Below, piece after piece: positions 42,135 through 51,864 of a stretch of DNA of 64,000 nucleotides (position 1 is its first letter; each line of letters starts with the position of its first letter). The notes beneath the pieces were generated by a model. The model ran no database searches and had not been told where the DNA came from. It was given only the letters and a program-made list of their open reading frames with translations. The stretch comes from Spirochaetia bacterium (lineage in GTDB: Bacteria > Spirochaetota > Spirochaetia > CADAEX01): assembly GCA_963662265.2 (NCBI GenBank), contig CAXXHA010000008.1, positions 1 to 64,000 on the forward strand. Direction: 5' to 3'. The position numbers and the translations under genes are program-made.

Positions 42135-43346
42135 TTAATACAGAAATCCAAATAAATACAACGGTATTTCATTTTTATTTCCATACAATATATCATCTTT
42201 AACAAGGTAAGCGTTTTCTTTTATTCCTTTCAGCTGTTTCCAATCTTTATTCTTCCCACCAATTTCAAAGATATTTCCTTCAACTTCAAAATCGCCAGTT
42301 TTGCTATAAAATATTTTATTCCCGGAATTTTTAATCATCTTTATAAAAAATATTTCTCTTATTGTTCCTATCTTTGATTCAAATCCTATTTCTTCAATAA
42401 TTGCGTTATATAAATCTGGATTATCCAAATACATTTTTTCTGTATGTCTTAATAAATTGCTTCCTGATTTATTTTCTGATAATAATTCAATCAATCCTGT
42501 TTCATTCAAAATATTTAAATAATTCTGTATTGTTTTATTATCTAATCCTATATTCTTTGAAATGCTGTTTCTATTTAATTCTCCAGGAGGAATTGTAGCC
42601 AGATAAGATATTACTTTTTTGAAATATGCTAAATTTTCTGTTTTTAGTTTATAGAAATTGGAAATATCTTCATAAACTGTTTTTTCAATTATTCTTAATA
42701 TTTTCTGATGATATGTATTTTCATCTTCCATAAAAAAAGGATAGTATCCTTTTCCAATATAATCCTTAAAGTATCCTTTAATTTTTTTTATTCCTGAAAC
42801 CTTTTCTTCAAAATCTGATCGGTTATTTATTAATTCCTTGAGTGAAATTGTTTCTATATCAACAATATCATTGAATAAAAGATATTCTCTGAATGACATT
42901 CCATTAATTCTATACAAAACTCCCCTTCTGGATAAATCATATGTTCCTTTTATAAGATCTATACTTGAGCTGCCGGAAAATACTAGTTTTATATCAGGGT
43001 ATGAATCATATATATTTTTAAGTTCCTGATTCCAGTTTGGGTATTTATGTATTTCGTCAAAGAAAAAATATCTTATTCCATAATCTTCATATAATTCATT
43101 TACAAAATCTATTAATAGATTTTTGGAAAAATATATATTATCTATCGATGCATATATGCATTCATCCTTATCTTCTATTTTTTCCTTGATGTATTGAAGT
43201 AATAATGTGGTTTTTCCTGTTCCTCGCGGACCAATTAATCCAGTTAAACGGTTATTTGTATTAAAATCATCGTAAATATATCTATGATGCTTATATTTTG
43301 TACTTTGGAGAAGGCGTTTATAGGTTGTAATAAAATTATTTATCAC
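42135..43346 (-). CDS. AAA_14 family ATPase
   Basis: GPRGTGKTT, FFDEIHKY, DLSRR, GYYPF, FEIGGK. Confidence 0.9.
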   Translation of the reverse strand: MINNFITTYKRLLQSTKYKHHRYIYDDFNTNNRLTGLIGPRGTGKTTLLLQYIKEKIEDKDECIYASIDNIYFSKNLLIDFVNELYEDYGIRYFFFDEIHKYPNWNQELKNIYDSYPDIKLVFSGSSSIDLIKGTYDLSRRGVLYRINGMSFREYLLFNDIVDIETISLKELINNRSDFEEKVSGIKKIKGYFKDYIGKGYYPFFMEDENTYHQKILRIIEKTVYEDISNFYKLKTENLAYFKKVISYLATIPPGELNRNSISKNIGLDNKTIQNYLNILNETGLIELLSENKSGSNLLRHTEKMYLDNPDLYNAIIEEIGFESKIGTIREIFFIKMIKNSGNKIFYSKTGDFEVEGNIFEIGGKNKDWKQLKGIKENAYLVKDDILYGNKNEIPLYLFGFLY

Positions 43347-43417
43347 TTGATCATACTCCTATATTATTTTCTTATAATTAGAGTATACTCTTATTTTTAT
43401 ATTTTTAAAAGTGTTTT

Positions 43418-43510
43418 TAACGCCCAGTTGAGCTGTTTGGCGTCAAATGGCGCGTATTCTTGCGTATGCAAGAATTGTGACATAGCCAAATCTGCTCCAA
43501 CTTTTTGTTA
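43418..43510 (-). repeat. attC (93 bp variant)
   Basis: Similar to 34329. Confidence 0.9.
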
Positions 43511-43515
43511 TGTGT

Positions 43516-44679
43516 TTAATACTTATTATTATATTCTTCAACATATTTTTCTAAAAAATCTACCATATCTATTAATTCTTTAATTTCATATTCTTTAATT
43601 AACTCTATTGCTTTTTCCATATTTTCAAACTCTGACTTATCAAAAAAATTAATTCTACTTTCTTTATTTATAAATCCAGAATTTAGAATGTAATTAAATT
43701 TTTCTTTATACTCATTATTTAATTCTTCAATTTGATTTTCAGTCAATACATCTGAAAAATATGTTGATATCAATGTTAATAAATGAATAGCTTGTAGAAC
43801 AACTCTTAAAAGACTATTTGGATGTGATAATGTTCCATCATATCTAATTTCGCCATTATTGTTTTGGGCACTTGATATTCCTAGTAATAAACTATATGTC
43901 TTTATTGAATTTAGACATATTATTGAATTAGATTTAATTGTTTCTGAATAAGATTTTAAACCTCTGTATTCTCTATATTCTTTAGTATCAGGAGTATTTT
44001 TAATCATTGAACTATAAATCCATGTTACTGCAACCAAATCTGCAATTATTTCTAATGCACAAGATTTTGCAGGATTAGTAAGATTTTTTATATTACTAAT
44101 CGTATATACATGTGCAATTTCATGATAAGCTAAATGCATTGACATTAAATCGTAATCATTACCATATTCATTCATATCAAATACATCATGATGAAAATAA
44201 TTATAACTTGTTCTTATAGCATGTGCTAATCCTTTGTCGTTATATTCCTTAACAGCTAAATTAGCGCCATTAATAAAATATTTTATTTTTTCATATAATT
44301 GATTATCATTTAAATGTTTGACATAATTATTCTTTTTAAAGAAATAATTACCTACATATGATGTATATAAATATAAGAGTGTTGGTAACATTTCAGGTAT
44401 AATTATATCATAAGATTTTGGGCAACCATCATTATCATGATTAATTTTTATACAAGCATTTATAGCCCATGGGCTCATATTACATTTGTAACGATTATAA
44501 ATAACATTTAATTTTTCAGGTAATTCCTTGCTGTTTAAAACTTCTATACCAATTCTTAATATATTATATGACAATCTTTCAAAAGGAAAGATTTCATCTT
44601 TTTCTAAAGAAAACACAGAAGCAGGGATTTCAATTTTTGATATGTAATCTGATTCTATTGGTTTTCTTCTATTACACAT
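43516..44679 (-). CDS. HEXXH zinc metalloprotease-like protein (Lit/U49-like)
   Basis: YHEIAH...LEIIAD...SHP....R. Confidence 0.65.
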   Translation of the reverse strand: MCNRRKPIESDYISKIEIPASVFSLEKDEIFPFERLSYNILRIGIEVLNSKELPEKLNVIYNRYKCNMSPWAINACIKINHDNDGCPKSYDIIIPEMLPTLLYLYTSYVGNYFFKKNNYVKHLNDNQLYEKIKYFINGANLAVKEYNDKGLAHAIRTSYNYFHHDVFDMNEYGNDYDLMSMHLAYHEIAHVYTISNIKNLTNPAKSCALEIIADLVAVTWIYSSMIKNTPDTKEYREYRGLKSYSETIKSNSIICLNSIKTYSLLLGISSAQNNNGEIRYDGTLSHPNSLLRVVLQAIHLLTLISTYFSDVLTENQIEELNNEYKEKFNYILNSGFINKESRINFFDKSEFENMEKAIELIKEYEIKELIDMVDFLEKYVEEYNNKY

Positions 44680-44737
44680 ATTTATTTTCCTATTATTTTA
44701 TTATTTCAACACACATTAAATAATTTTTATTAACACA

Positions 44738-44922
44738 TAACGCCAAGTTGAGCTGCACCGGTATGCCTGAGCGAAGCGAAGGATTGGCATGTGTTTTTGC
44801 TTAATTTCTCTGCTTTAAAAACAGATCTGGAAGTAGTAAATAATTGCTGCAATTTTCGATAATTCTACTTTTTTTCCTGCAAAAAACATGACAAAACCGG
44901 GGTCTGCTCCAACTTTTTGTTA
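44738..44922 (-). repeat. Long attC (185 bp)
   Basis: Long class. Confidence 0.88.
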
Positions 44923-45276
44923 TATTCTAAATTCTCTTTTGTTTTTTTAACAACGCCAAAATAGTTCAAGTATCCAGACTTTCACAATTATATCATAAAC
45001 CTTTACGTGTTTCACTTTCAGAAACAAAAGGCCATTATTTTCTTCCTGCGCGGGCTCAGCGTGGGGAGTTGGCCCCATTTCCACGAATCGCGTGGGCAAT
45101 TATCGCCAAACTTCACCACCCTCTATCCCTGCCAGGGTCGTGGAAATGTCTACCCTAGATTGGACTGTCAGGGATCGCCAGGTAGCCAGGACACCAATAA
45201 TCCGGTCTGAACCAATTCCATCCAACTTTTCCCAAATTCAGCTACGTTTTACAGCTCCTCAAATTTTGGTGGAATA
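44923..45276 (-). other. Gene-less cassette, family B
   Basis: Appears identical to 61934-62287; related to 45972. Confidence 0.85.
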
Positions 45277-45464
45277 TAACGCCAAGTTGAGCTGCTCCGG
45301 CGGTGCCTGAGCGAAGCGAAGGATTGGCATGTGTTTTTGCATTTATACTTTGCTGTTAGAAAAATATGTAAAATAAGTGTTTTTTAGCTGCATATTTTTA
45401 ATAATTCTACTTTTTTTCCTGCAAAAACCATGTCAAAGCCGGGGTCTGCTCCAACTTATTGTTA
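45277..45464 (-). repeat. Long attC (188 bp)
   Basis: Matches 28049-28236. Confidence 0.88.
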
Positions 45465-45866
45465 CATTCTAAATCCTCGTAAGATCAATTAGCAAGTTCT
45501 TTTTATCCATTTTTTAACCCAAATATATCCTGCAGATCTTAATTATTTTGCATTTTTTATGCAGGGAGTATACCAAAACATAATCCTTGGATAACCGTCA
45601 CAATATTTTTTCGGCTCGCTCTTTTTCGGCTGAAAAGCGCTTAGCTGTTTTTTCATTAAACAGTTATATCTTTTATTTTCGATTGTAAAAGGCTGTCCAC
45701 ACAAAACTATACTCTAACCTCTTTTTGAATCTGGATTGAATCAAAACAAAATCGCTTTTCTGCCGAGAGGGTCTCAAGATGATGCATACAATCCTAAAAA
45801 TATCTTTTTTATCACTTCTACCACAATATCGCCAGTTTTTACTGTTTCCAATAACTTTTGTGTATG
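45465..45866 (-). other. Gene-less cassette, family A
   Basis: Near-identical to 28237-28638. Confidence 0.85.
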
Positions 45867-45971
45867 TAACGCCAAGTTGAGCTGCTTCGCAGTACCAAAA
45901 AGACATACTTCTTTGCAGCTGAAATAATCCTGAAAGTAAAAAGTCGCGAAGTCTGCTCCAACTTATTGTTA
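45867..45971 (-). repeat. attC (open-loop class)
   Basis: Similar to 42015. Confidence 0.85.
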
Positions 45972-46332
45972 TATTCGAAATTCTTTTTCAGTTTTCAAAA
46001 CAACACCAAAATAGATCAAGGATCAGGATTCTTCCAATTATATCATAATCCTATACGCGGTTCACTTACCGAAACAAATGGCCAGTTTTTTTCTTCCGGG
46101 TGGGCGAATGCAGGGCCGAGTTGGCCATTCCATTTCCACAAATCGCGCAGGCATTTATCGCCCAACTTCACAACCCTCTATCCCTGCCAGGCCTTGTGGA
46201 TATGTCTACCCAAGCTTGGACTGTCAGGGATCGCCAGGCAGCCAGGACACCAATATTCCGGTTTGAACCAACTTTATCCACTTTTTCCAGAATTCAGCTA
46301 CGTTTTACAGCTCCCCAAATTTTGGTGGAATA
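45972..46332 (-). other. Gene-less cassette, family B (diverged)
   Basis: Homologous to 44923 (GGACTGTCAGGGATCGCCAGG..GCCAGGACACCAAT). Confidence 0.82.
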
Positions 46333-46432
46333 TAACGCCCAGTTGAGCTGTTTGACTGTCCCGCAGGGTTGGCACGTGTTCTTGCTCTGCAAGAACCGTG
46401 ACAAAAGTCAAATCTGCTCCAACTTTTTGTTA
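46333..46432 (-). repeat. attC (standard)
   Basis: TAAC...GTTA palindrome. Confidence 0.92.
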
Positions 46433-46436
46433 TGTT

Positions 46437-47244
46437 CTAAAATTCTATACCCAATTGTATTATTTCATCAATTAATTCTATTTTCTTAATGTCAGTTTCT
46501 GTATTTTCCAGGAGACTAATACCTATTATTTTCTTTTGATTTTTTACTTCTTTGATTATTTCTATAACTTCTTCTATTTTCAAACCATTTTTACTCGGAC
46601 ATTTTACATTTTTATATATTGCTGGATCTAAAACATCTAAATCTATATGTATATAAACATATTCATTTTTATTATTTAATAATTCTGAAATATTTAAATT
46701 ATTTTTAATTTTTATATTTTCTTTAATAATGAATTCTTCTTCCGGTTTATCTAAATCTCTCGTACCTATTAATACAACGTCTTGCGGATTAATCTTATTG
46801 AATTTATATGAAATATCATTATTTGGTATTTCTTCGAGTAAAAATCTCAAAGACATACCATGAATATTTTTACTTGGAGAACTTTCAGGCGTATTTAAAT
46901 CTCCATGTGCATCAAACCATAATACATCTAACGTTTTATATTTATCTGAAAAATATGATACTATTGGGATTTCAATTCCACATCCCCCACCAACAGTAAG
47001 AATTTTATCTGGTTTTTCTTCATGTAATTTTTGAGATATTTTATTTAATTGGTTTTTTAATTGTTCTATAACCAAGAATATTTTTTTCTTTCAATAATTC
47101 AATATTCTGAGATATTTCAATTCTTTCAAAAACAACATTTGAATTTTCAATATATTCTTTTAAGGCACAAGCTCCACCATATAATTCTTTTAAAGCTCCT
47201 GAGACTTGCCATTGTGGAACAAATAGATTTAATTTTTTATTCAT
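46437..47244 (-). pseudogene. Arginase family protein, frameshifted near 47065
   Basis: PQWQ N-terminus in one frame; DAHGDLN and HIDLDVLDP in another. Confidence 0.82.
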
Positions 47245-47245
47245 A

Positions 47246-47593
47246 CTATCCCCAAAAACATCCATACTTATCTTCATCAATAATACTTAAAAAATCAGAT
47301 AGATCATCTACTTCTGGATTTGGTTCATATCCATGCCATTTCAAGTCAGATCGCATCCAAAATATTTTCCATATATCTTGAGTTCTTACATATGTTGCTT
47401 TTGCAATTTCAATATTTAGAATATTTTTTGGATTATCATATTGTGGTCTGATTTCATATATTTCTACACTCTGATTAGTTATTTTGTATGAAATATCTAA
47501 TTCCTTTCGAATGTTTTCTAGAGGTCTAATTTTTTCAATAAATTTATCTAATATTTGCTGATATTTTCTTAATTCGAACTCATTAAACGCCAT
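47246..47593 (-). CDS. DUF3024 family protein
   Basis: IAKATY...WKIFWMRSDLKWH.Y...DEDKYGCFWG. Confidence 0.85.
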   Translation of the reverse strand: MAFNEFELRKYQQILDKFIEKIRPLENIRKELDISYKITNQSVEIYEIRPQYDNPKNILNIEIAKATYVRTQDIWKIFWMRSDLKWHGYEPNPEVDDLSDFLSIIDEDKYGCFWG

Positions 47594-47679
47594 ATTTTCC
47601 TCTTAAATTCTCTATATTTTAATATGTATTTATTGATATTTCAATTTTTTTAACCATGCAATCCTACTCTAGTGGAACA

Positions 47680-47866
47680 TAACACCAAGTTGAGCTGCTC
47701 CGGTGTGCCTGAGCGAAGCGAAGGATTGGCATGTGTTTTTGCATTCTTTTCTTTGCTTTAAAGTAAAAACTGTAAGTTTCAAGTAACTGCTGTAATTCTT
47801 TTTTATTTCTACTTTTTTCCTGCAAAAAACCATGACAAAACCGGGGTCTGCTCCAACTTTTTGTTA
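47680..47866 (-). repeat. Long attC (187 bp)
   Basis: Long class. Confidence 0.88.
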
Positions 47867-47897
47867 TATTCTAAATCCTCGCAATGTCAAATAGCAA
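47863..47897 (-). promoter_or_regulatory. Putative sigma70 promoter(s) at the 3' end of a gene-less cassette
   Basis: Minus strand TTGACA-16-TATAAC overlapping TTGCTA-18-TAGAAT; conserved in sister cassettes. Confidence 0.6.
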
Positions 47898-48300
47898 GTT
47901 CTTTTTCCCCATTTTCCAACCCGAAGATATCATACAGATCTTCAATATTTCTATTCAAAACTGCCAGGCGATCATTTCGGCAGGGCTCACCGCCCAGACT
48001 TTTGCACCCCAATCGTTCGGCGATCCTCGGTAATGATCAAGCCCGTAAATTCCTACCCTATATTGGATGGCATCGGCGCTGGCCATTTCGCCAAAAAGAA
48101 GATCAATAATCCAATTGCTTTTCATAAATGAAGCAATAAGTGCGAAATGCCCCCGCCCAAAATTTCTTTCCCTAAATTGGCAGGCTCTGGAGGATGGCGG
48201 GCCTCAAAATGCTGCAAGCCATTTCCCAAAAATCCTTAATTTTTTAAGCGTTTACCAGTTTATTGGCAGTTTTTAAGGTTTCCGCTAACTTGTGTGAATA
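47867..48300 (-). other. Gene-less cassette, family C
   Basis: Shares both ends with family A; related to 59576. Confidence 0.82.
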
Positions 48301-48364
48301 TAACATCCATTTGAGTTGCGCCATCGCAGCAAAGCGAGAAGGCGTCAACTCCAAATGTTTGTTA
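48301..48364 (-). repeat. Short attC (64 bp)
   Basis: TAAC-CATTTGAGTTGCGCC...GGCGTCAACTCCAAATG-GTTA. Confidence 0.88.
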
Positions 48365-50053
48365 TCTATATTTTTCTAAACATTTTTTTACAAATTCTTT
48401 CGATTTTGATATTTCATTATCATTTAAATCATATTTTAATGAATCAATTTTTTTTGTTACATTTTTTATATTTTCAATTATCTTTTTTTCATCTTTCAAA
48501 ATATCATATATTTTTTGACAATACTTTGTGGATTTTTTTGATTCAAATGAAGGACATTTTGAATTATCAATTTCATGCCTTACCATCGTTAATAAATGAT
48601 ATTTTATTTTTTTATATTTTTTATCTATTCTTTTATTTTTAAATAATGATTCAATTTTAAATATTGAATACGAAGCAACATAATAAGGAAACATTTCGTG
48701 ATTATCTATAAATAATTTATCTCCGAATTCTGAAAAAAGAGTACCGAAATATCTTGTTGCCATATCCGGCTTATCATAATATAGACTTGCAATTGCTTTG
48801 ATTTGAGTAGTTTTATCAATAATTCTTTTTCTCTCAACACCTTTGTTATTATACTGTTTTGAACGTCTTTCATAATATAAACGTTCTTCACCTGAAAAAG
48901 TAGTATAATAATCTTCTAACCTTTTTTGAAAATTCGAGAAAGCAATAAGATCTTGCTCTTTTACTTCTGTTTGTCTATTTGTTGATCTGATAACTCTTGA
49001 TGTAACTTCTTCATTCCCACTAATAATAAGCTTGATAGGTACTTTTACACTTGTATTTATGAGTTCTTTATTTTCAAAAAGTACATGTGATGTCTGGCAG
49101 CCATTAATAATTTGGTAGTTTGTAATTGTAAAAGTATCTCTAGTCGTCCGTAGATCTTCAGCAACAATTGTTATTCCATTATTCAAAATAGCAAAAGAAT
49201 CTTTATTACTTGAATTTATAGTTTCAGCTATTTCGCCATTAACTTTATTTACACCTTGAAAATCTCTTACATTATCATAAAAAACATTGGATAAAAGAGA
49301 TCCATCTTCATCTGTCATTATTTTTATAATTGATGAAGCATCAAGCACACCTATATATGCCTCTTTAACATTTTGTATTTCTGGTAAAGTAACTCTTCGT
49401 GTAAAATCAAAAGACTTTTCAACTGCTTGTCCAATTTTTTTATAACGATGTTGTAAATCAGCGGCATCAATTAAATCAAAATTTATTTTAGAAAAAATAT
49501 TTTCATCTGCTATATTTTTTTTAACACCTTCTTTAACTGCTAAAACATTTTGATCATTTTCATCATTACCCAAAGTTATATAATATAAACTACAAACAGG
49601 ATTTTCTTTTAATTCTGATATTCTATTAACAAAACAATTAAATAATTCAATTTTTTCTAGAGCAAGATCTGACCATTTCAATGTTTGTTTTTCAGCAATA
49701 AAATCATTTACAGCAAAACCAAAATTCCCAATTTCTTTTGAATCGAACTTAGCAGATGTTTTGGATTGAACAAATACTATTTCAGCAGAACATTTTTTAT
49801 GCTGCTCCAAAAAATCCTCGAGTTCATCCTTTGAATCAATTAATTGTTTATTTAATAATAATGCAAAACCATCTATACCAATAGTACCATTAGTTCCAAT
49901 ATTAATTCTTTCGATATCAAAACGATATTCTGTTTTTGTTTCAATCACTGTATAATTTGAAAAATGTTCAAATAATAAAGATTCATCATCAATAGTTTCG
50001 AATCCAAAGCTTTTTTTAAAATCAGTTACAAAACTTTTAGTTACCCTATCCAT
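48362..50053 (-). CDS. AIPR family protein
   Basis: FYDNVRDFQG, LNNGITIV, QIINGCQT, TNRQT, YYERR. Confidence 0.92.
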   Translation of the reverse strand: MDRVTKSFVTDFKKSFGFETIDDESLLFEHFSNYTVIETKTEYRFDIERINIGTNGTIGIDGFALLLNKQLIDSKDELEDFLEQHKKCSAEIVFVQSKTSAKFDSKEIGNFGFAVNDFIAEKQTLKWSDLALEKIELFNCFVNRISELKENPVCSLYYITLGNDENDQNVLAVKEGVKKNIADENIFSKINFDLIDAADLQHRYKKIGQAVEKSFDFTRRVTLPEIQNVKEAYIGVLDASSIIKIMTDEDGSLLSNVFYDNVRDFQGVNKVNGEIAETINSSNKDSFAILNNGITIVAEDLRTTRDTFTITNYQIINGCQTSHVLFENKELINTSVKVPIKLIISGNEEVTSRVIRSTNRQTEVKEQDLIAFSNFQKRLEDYYTTFSGEERLYYERRSKQYNNKGVERKRIIDKTTQIKAIASLYYDKPDMATRYFGTLFSEFGDKLFIDNHEMFPYYVASYSIFKIESLFKNKRIDKKYKKIKYHLLTMVRHEIDNSKCPSFESKKSTKYCQKIYDILKDEKKIIENIKNVTKKIDSLKYDLNDNEISKSKEFVKKCLEKYR

Positions 50054-50159
50054 TTTTTCTCCATAATTCTTAATTATTTAATGATTATTTTATAGTAAAT
50101 GCTTTTAAAAATCATTATAAATATATAATTTTTATTACTCTCTCCCCCAAGGGGGTAGA

Positions 50160-50259
50160 TAACACCCAGTTGAGCTGTTTGACTGTCCCGTAGGGTTGGC
50201 ACGTGTTCTTGCGCTGCAAGAACCGTGACAAAAGTCAAATCTGCTCCAACTTATTGTTA
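50160..50259 (-). repeat. attC (standard)
   Basis: TAAC...GTTA palindrome. Confidence 0.92.
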
Positions 50260-50276
50260 CACGTAGAATTTTTTAT

Positions 50277-50549
50277 TTAATATACTTCGTCATGTTTTCC
50301 AATATTTATTGGAATTATTTCATTATCCTGAATTATAAAATCTATAGTAATTCTATATGTCATATTTATTGAAACACTGTAATAATCAGATAATCTTCCT
50401 TCTAATTTATGAAGTCTTAATGATGGATGGGATGGATTTAATTCCATTAGCTGAAGTGTCTTTTTATACTGTTTAAGTAAATCTGGATGTTTCTTAGCAA
50501 ATTTCACTGCCCTTTTTACATAACTCTCAGTGAAGATAATCTTATACAC
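50277..50549 (-). CDS. RelE/YafQ-like toxin
   Basis: HPSLRLHKLEG, YRI, IGKHDEVY. Confidence 0.88.
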   Translation of the reverse strand: MYKIIFTESYVKRAVKFAKKHPDLLKQYKKTLQLMELNPSHPSLRLHKLEGRLSDYYSVSINMTYRITIDFIIQDNEIIPINIGKHDEVY

Positions 50550-50802
50550 CGGATATTCTCTTCATGTGATCATCTATTGATTCATCATATACTTTTCCAG
50601 CTTTTATATCATTTAAGGATTCATTTATTGCTGCTTCTAATTCATATTCCCTTAGATGATTGTATTCCTCAATTGATAAAACAACAAATTTATTCTTACC
50701 ACGAACTGTAATAATTGCTTCACTATCTTGATTTGTTATTTCTTCTATAACTGAAACACCTTTGGTTTTTAATTCATTTGCGGTGATTATATTATTCATC
50801 AC
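50542..50802 (-). CDS. Phd/YefM antitoxin
   Basis: TANELK, IITVRGK..VVLSIEEY; overlaps the toxin start. Confidence 0.88.
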   Translation of the reverse strand: MMNNIITANELKTKGVSVIEEITNQDSEAIITVRGKNKFVVLSIEEYNHLREYELEAAINESLNDIKAGKVYDESIDDHMKRISGV

Positions 50803-50822
50803 ATTTACCTCTCTATTAATAA

Positions 50823-50836
50823 TACTATTAATAGTA
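50823..50836. promoter_or_regulatory. Putative TA operator palindrome
   Basis: Perfect palindrome TACTATTAATAGTA just upstream of the antitoxin. Confidence 0.55.
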
Positions 50837-51123
50837 CGTTAAAACAACTTTTTAAATACTCATTTTAAGTATATTTTCTGGTATTTCTATCGTCGAAGAC
50901 GATTTTCCTTATATTTTTTTCCCTAATTTGTTCTACCACTGGGGTTTTTAAGTGTTCAATTTATTTGTTTAATTTCTTCATTTTAACTAAAATTATTAGT
51001 TTTTTCTAAAATCCGCCTGAAAGGCCGTGTAACGCCCAGTTGAGCTGTTTGACTGCCCCGTGGAAATGGCAAGTCATTTTCCCCACATTTAGGAAATTAA
51101 AAATCCCCCACCTGCAGAAAAAA

Positions 51124-51864
51124 TTATACCCCCTTTTTCTCCTGAATTCTATATGAATCTCCCTCAAGGGAGAAAACATGCGCATGATGTAAAAGCCTAT
51201 CAAGCATTGCTGTTGTCATGATTTCATCACCCATCATTTCAGACCACTGATCAAAACCTTTATTTGAAGTAATTATTACTGACGATCTTTCATAGAGTTC
51301 GCTGATAAGATTAAAAAAAAGATTGGCCTCTTTTCTGTCGATAGGCGTATAGCCTATTTCATCAATAATTAGTAACGAAGATCTGAGAATCCTGTTTATT
51401 CTGAATGAACTTGATCTCATAGTTTCCATTGTTTTCAACAGTTTTATTAGTGAAGTTATCCTTTCAAAACAGACAGTGTATCCGGCTTCAATTGCCTTGT
51501 ACCCGAGAGCAATTGATAGATGTGTTTTCCCAAGGCCGGGAGGTCCAAAGAACATGATATTTTCAGATTTATCTATCCACCTGAAATCCTTGAGATTATT
51601 TAACTGTTCTTCAGTTATCCCTTTTATTCTTGAAAAATTGAATGTCTCAAGTTCCTTAATTACAGGAAAATGGGCACCTGTAAGATTTCTATGAAGACGT
51701 CTTTCATTTCTGAAATGTACTTCTTCTGTAAGAAGGATGCTTAAAAAATCAAGATGAGATATTTTCTCCTTTGTTGCTTTTTCAAGTGCCTCATCAAGAT
51801 TAACAGATATTCCTTTAAGCTTTAGACTATCAAGTATTCCTGTACAGTAATCAAAACAGCTCAT
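51124..51864 (-). CDS. istB: IS21 helper ATPase
   Basis: Identical to 20540-21280. Confidence 0.95.
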   Translation of the reverse strand: MSCFDYCTGILDSLKLKGISVNLDEALEKATKEKISHLDFLSILLTEEVHFRNERRLHRNLTGAHFPVIKELETFNFSRIKGITEEQLNNLKDFRWIDKSENIMFFGPPGLGKTHLSIALGYKAIEAGYTVCFERITSLIKLLKTMETMRSSSFRINRILRSSLLIIDEIGYTPIDRKEANLFFNLISELYERSSVIITSNKGFDQWSEMMGDEIMTTAMLDRLLHHAHVFSLEGDSYRIQEKKGV

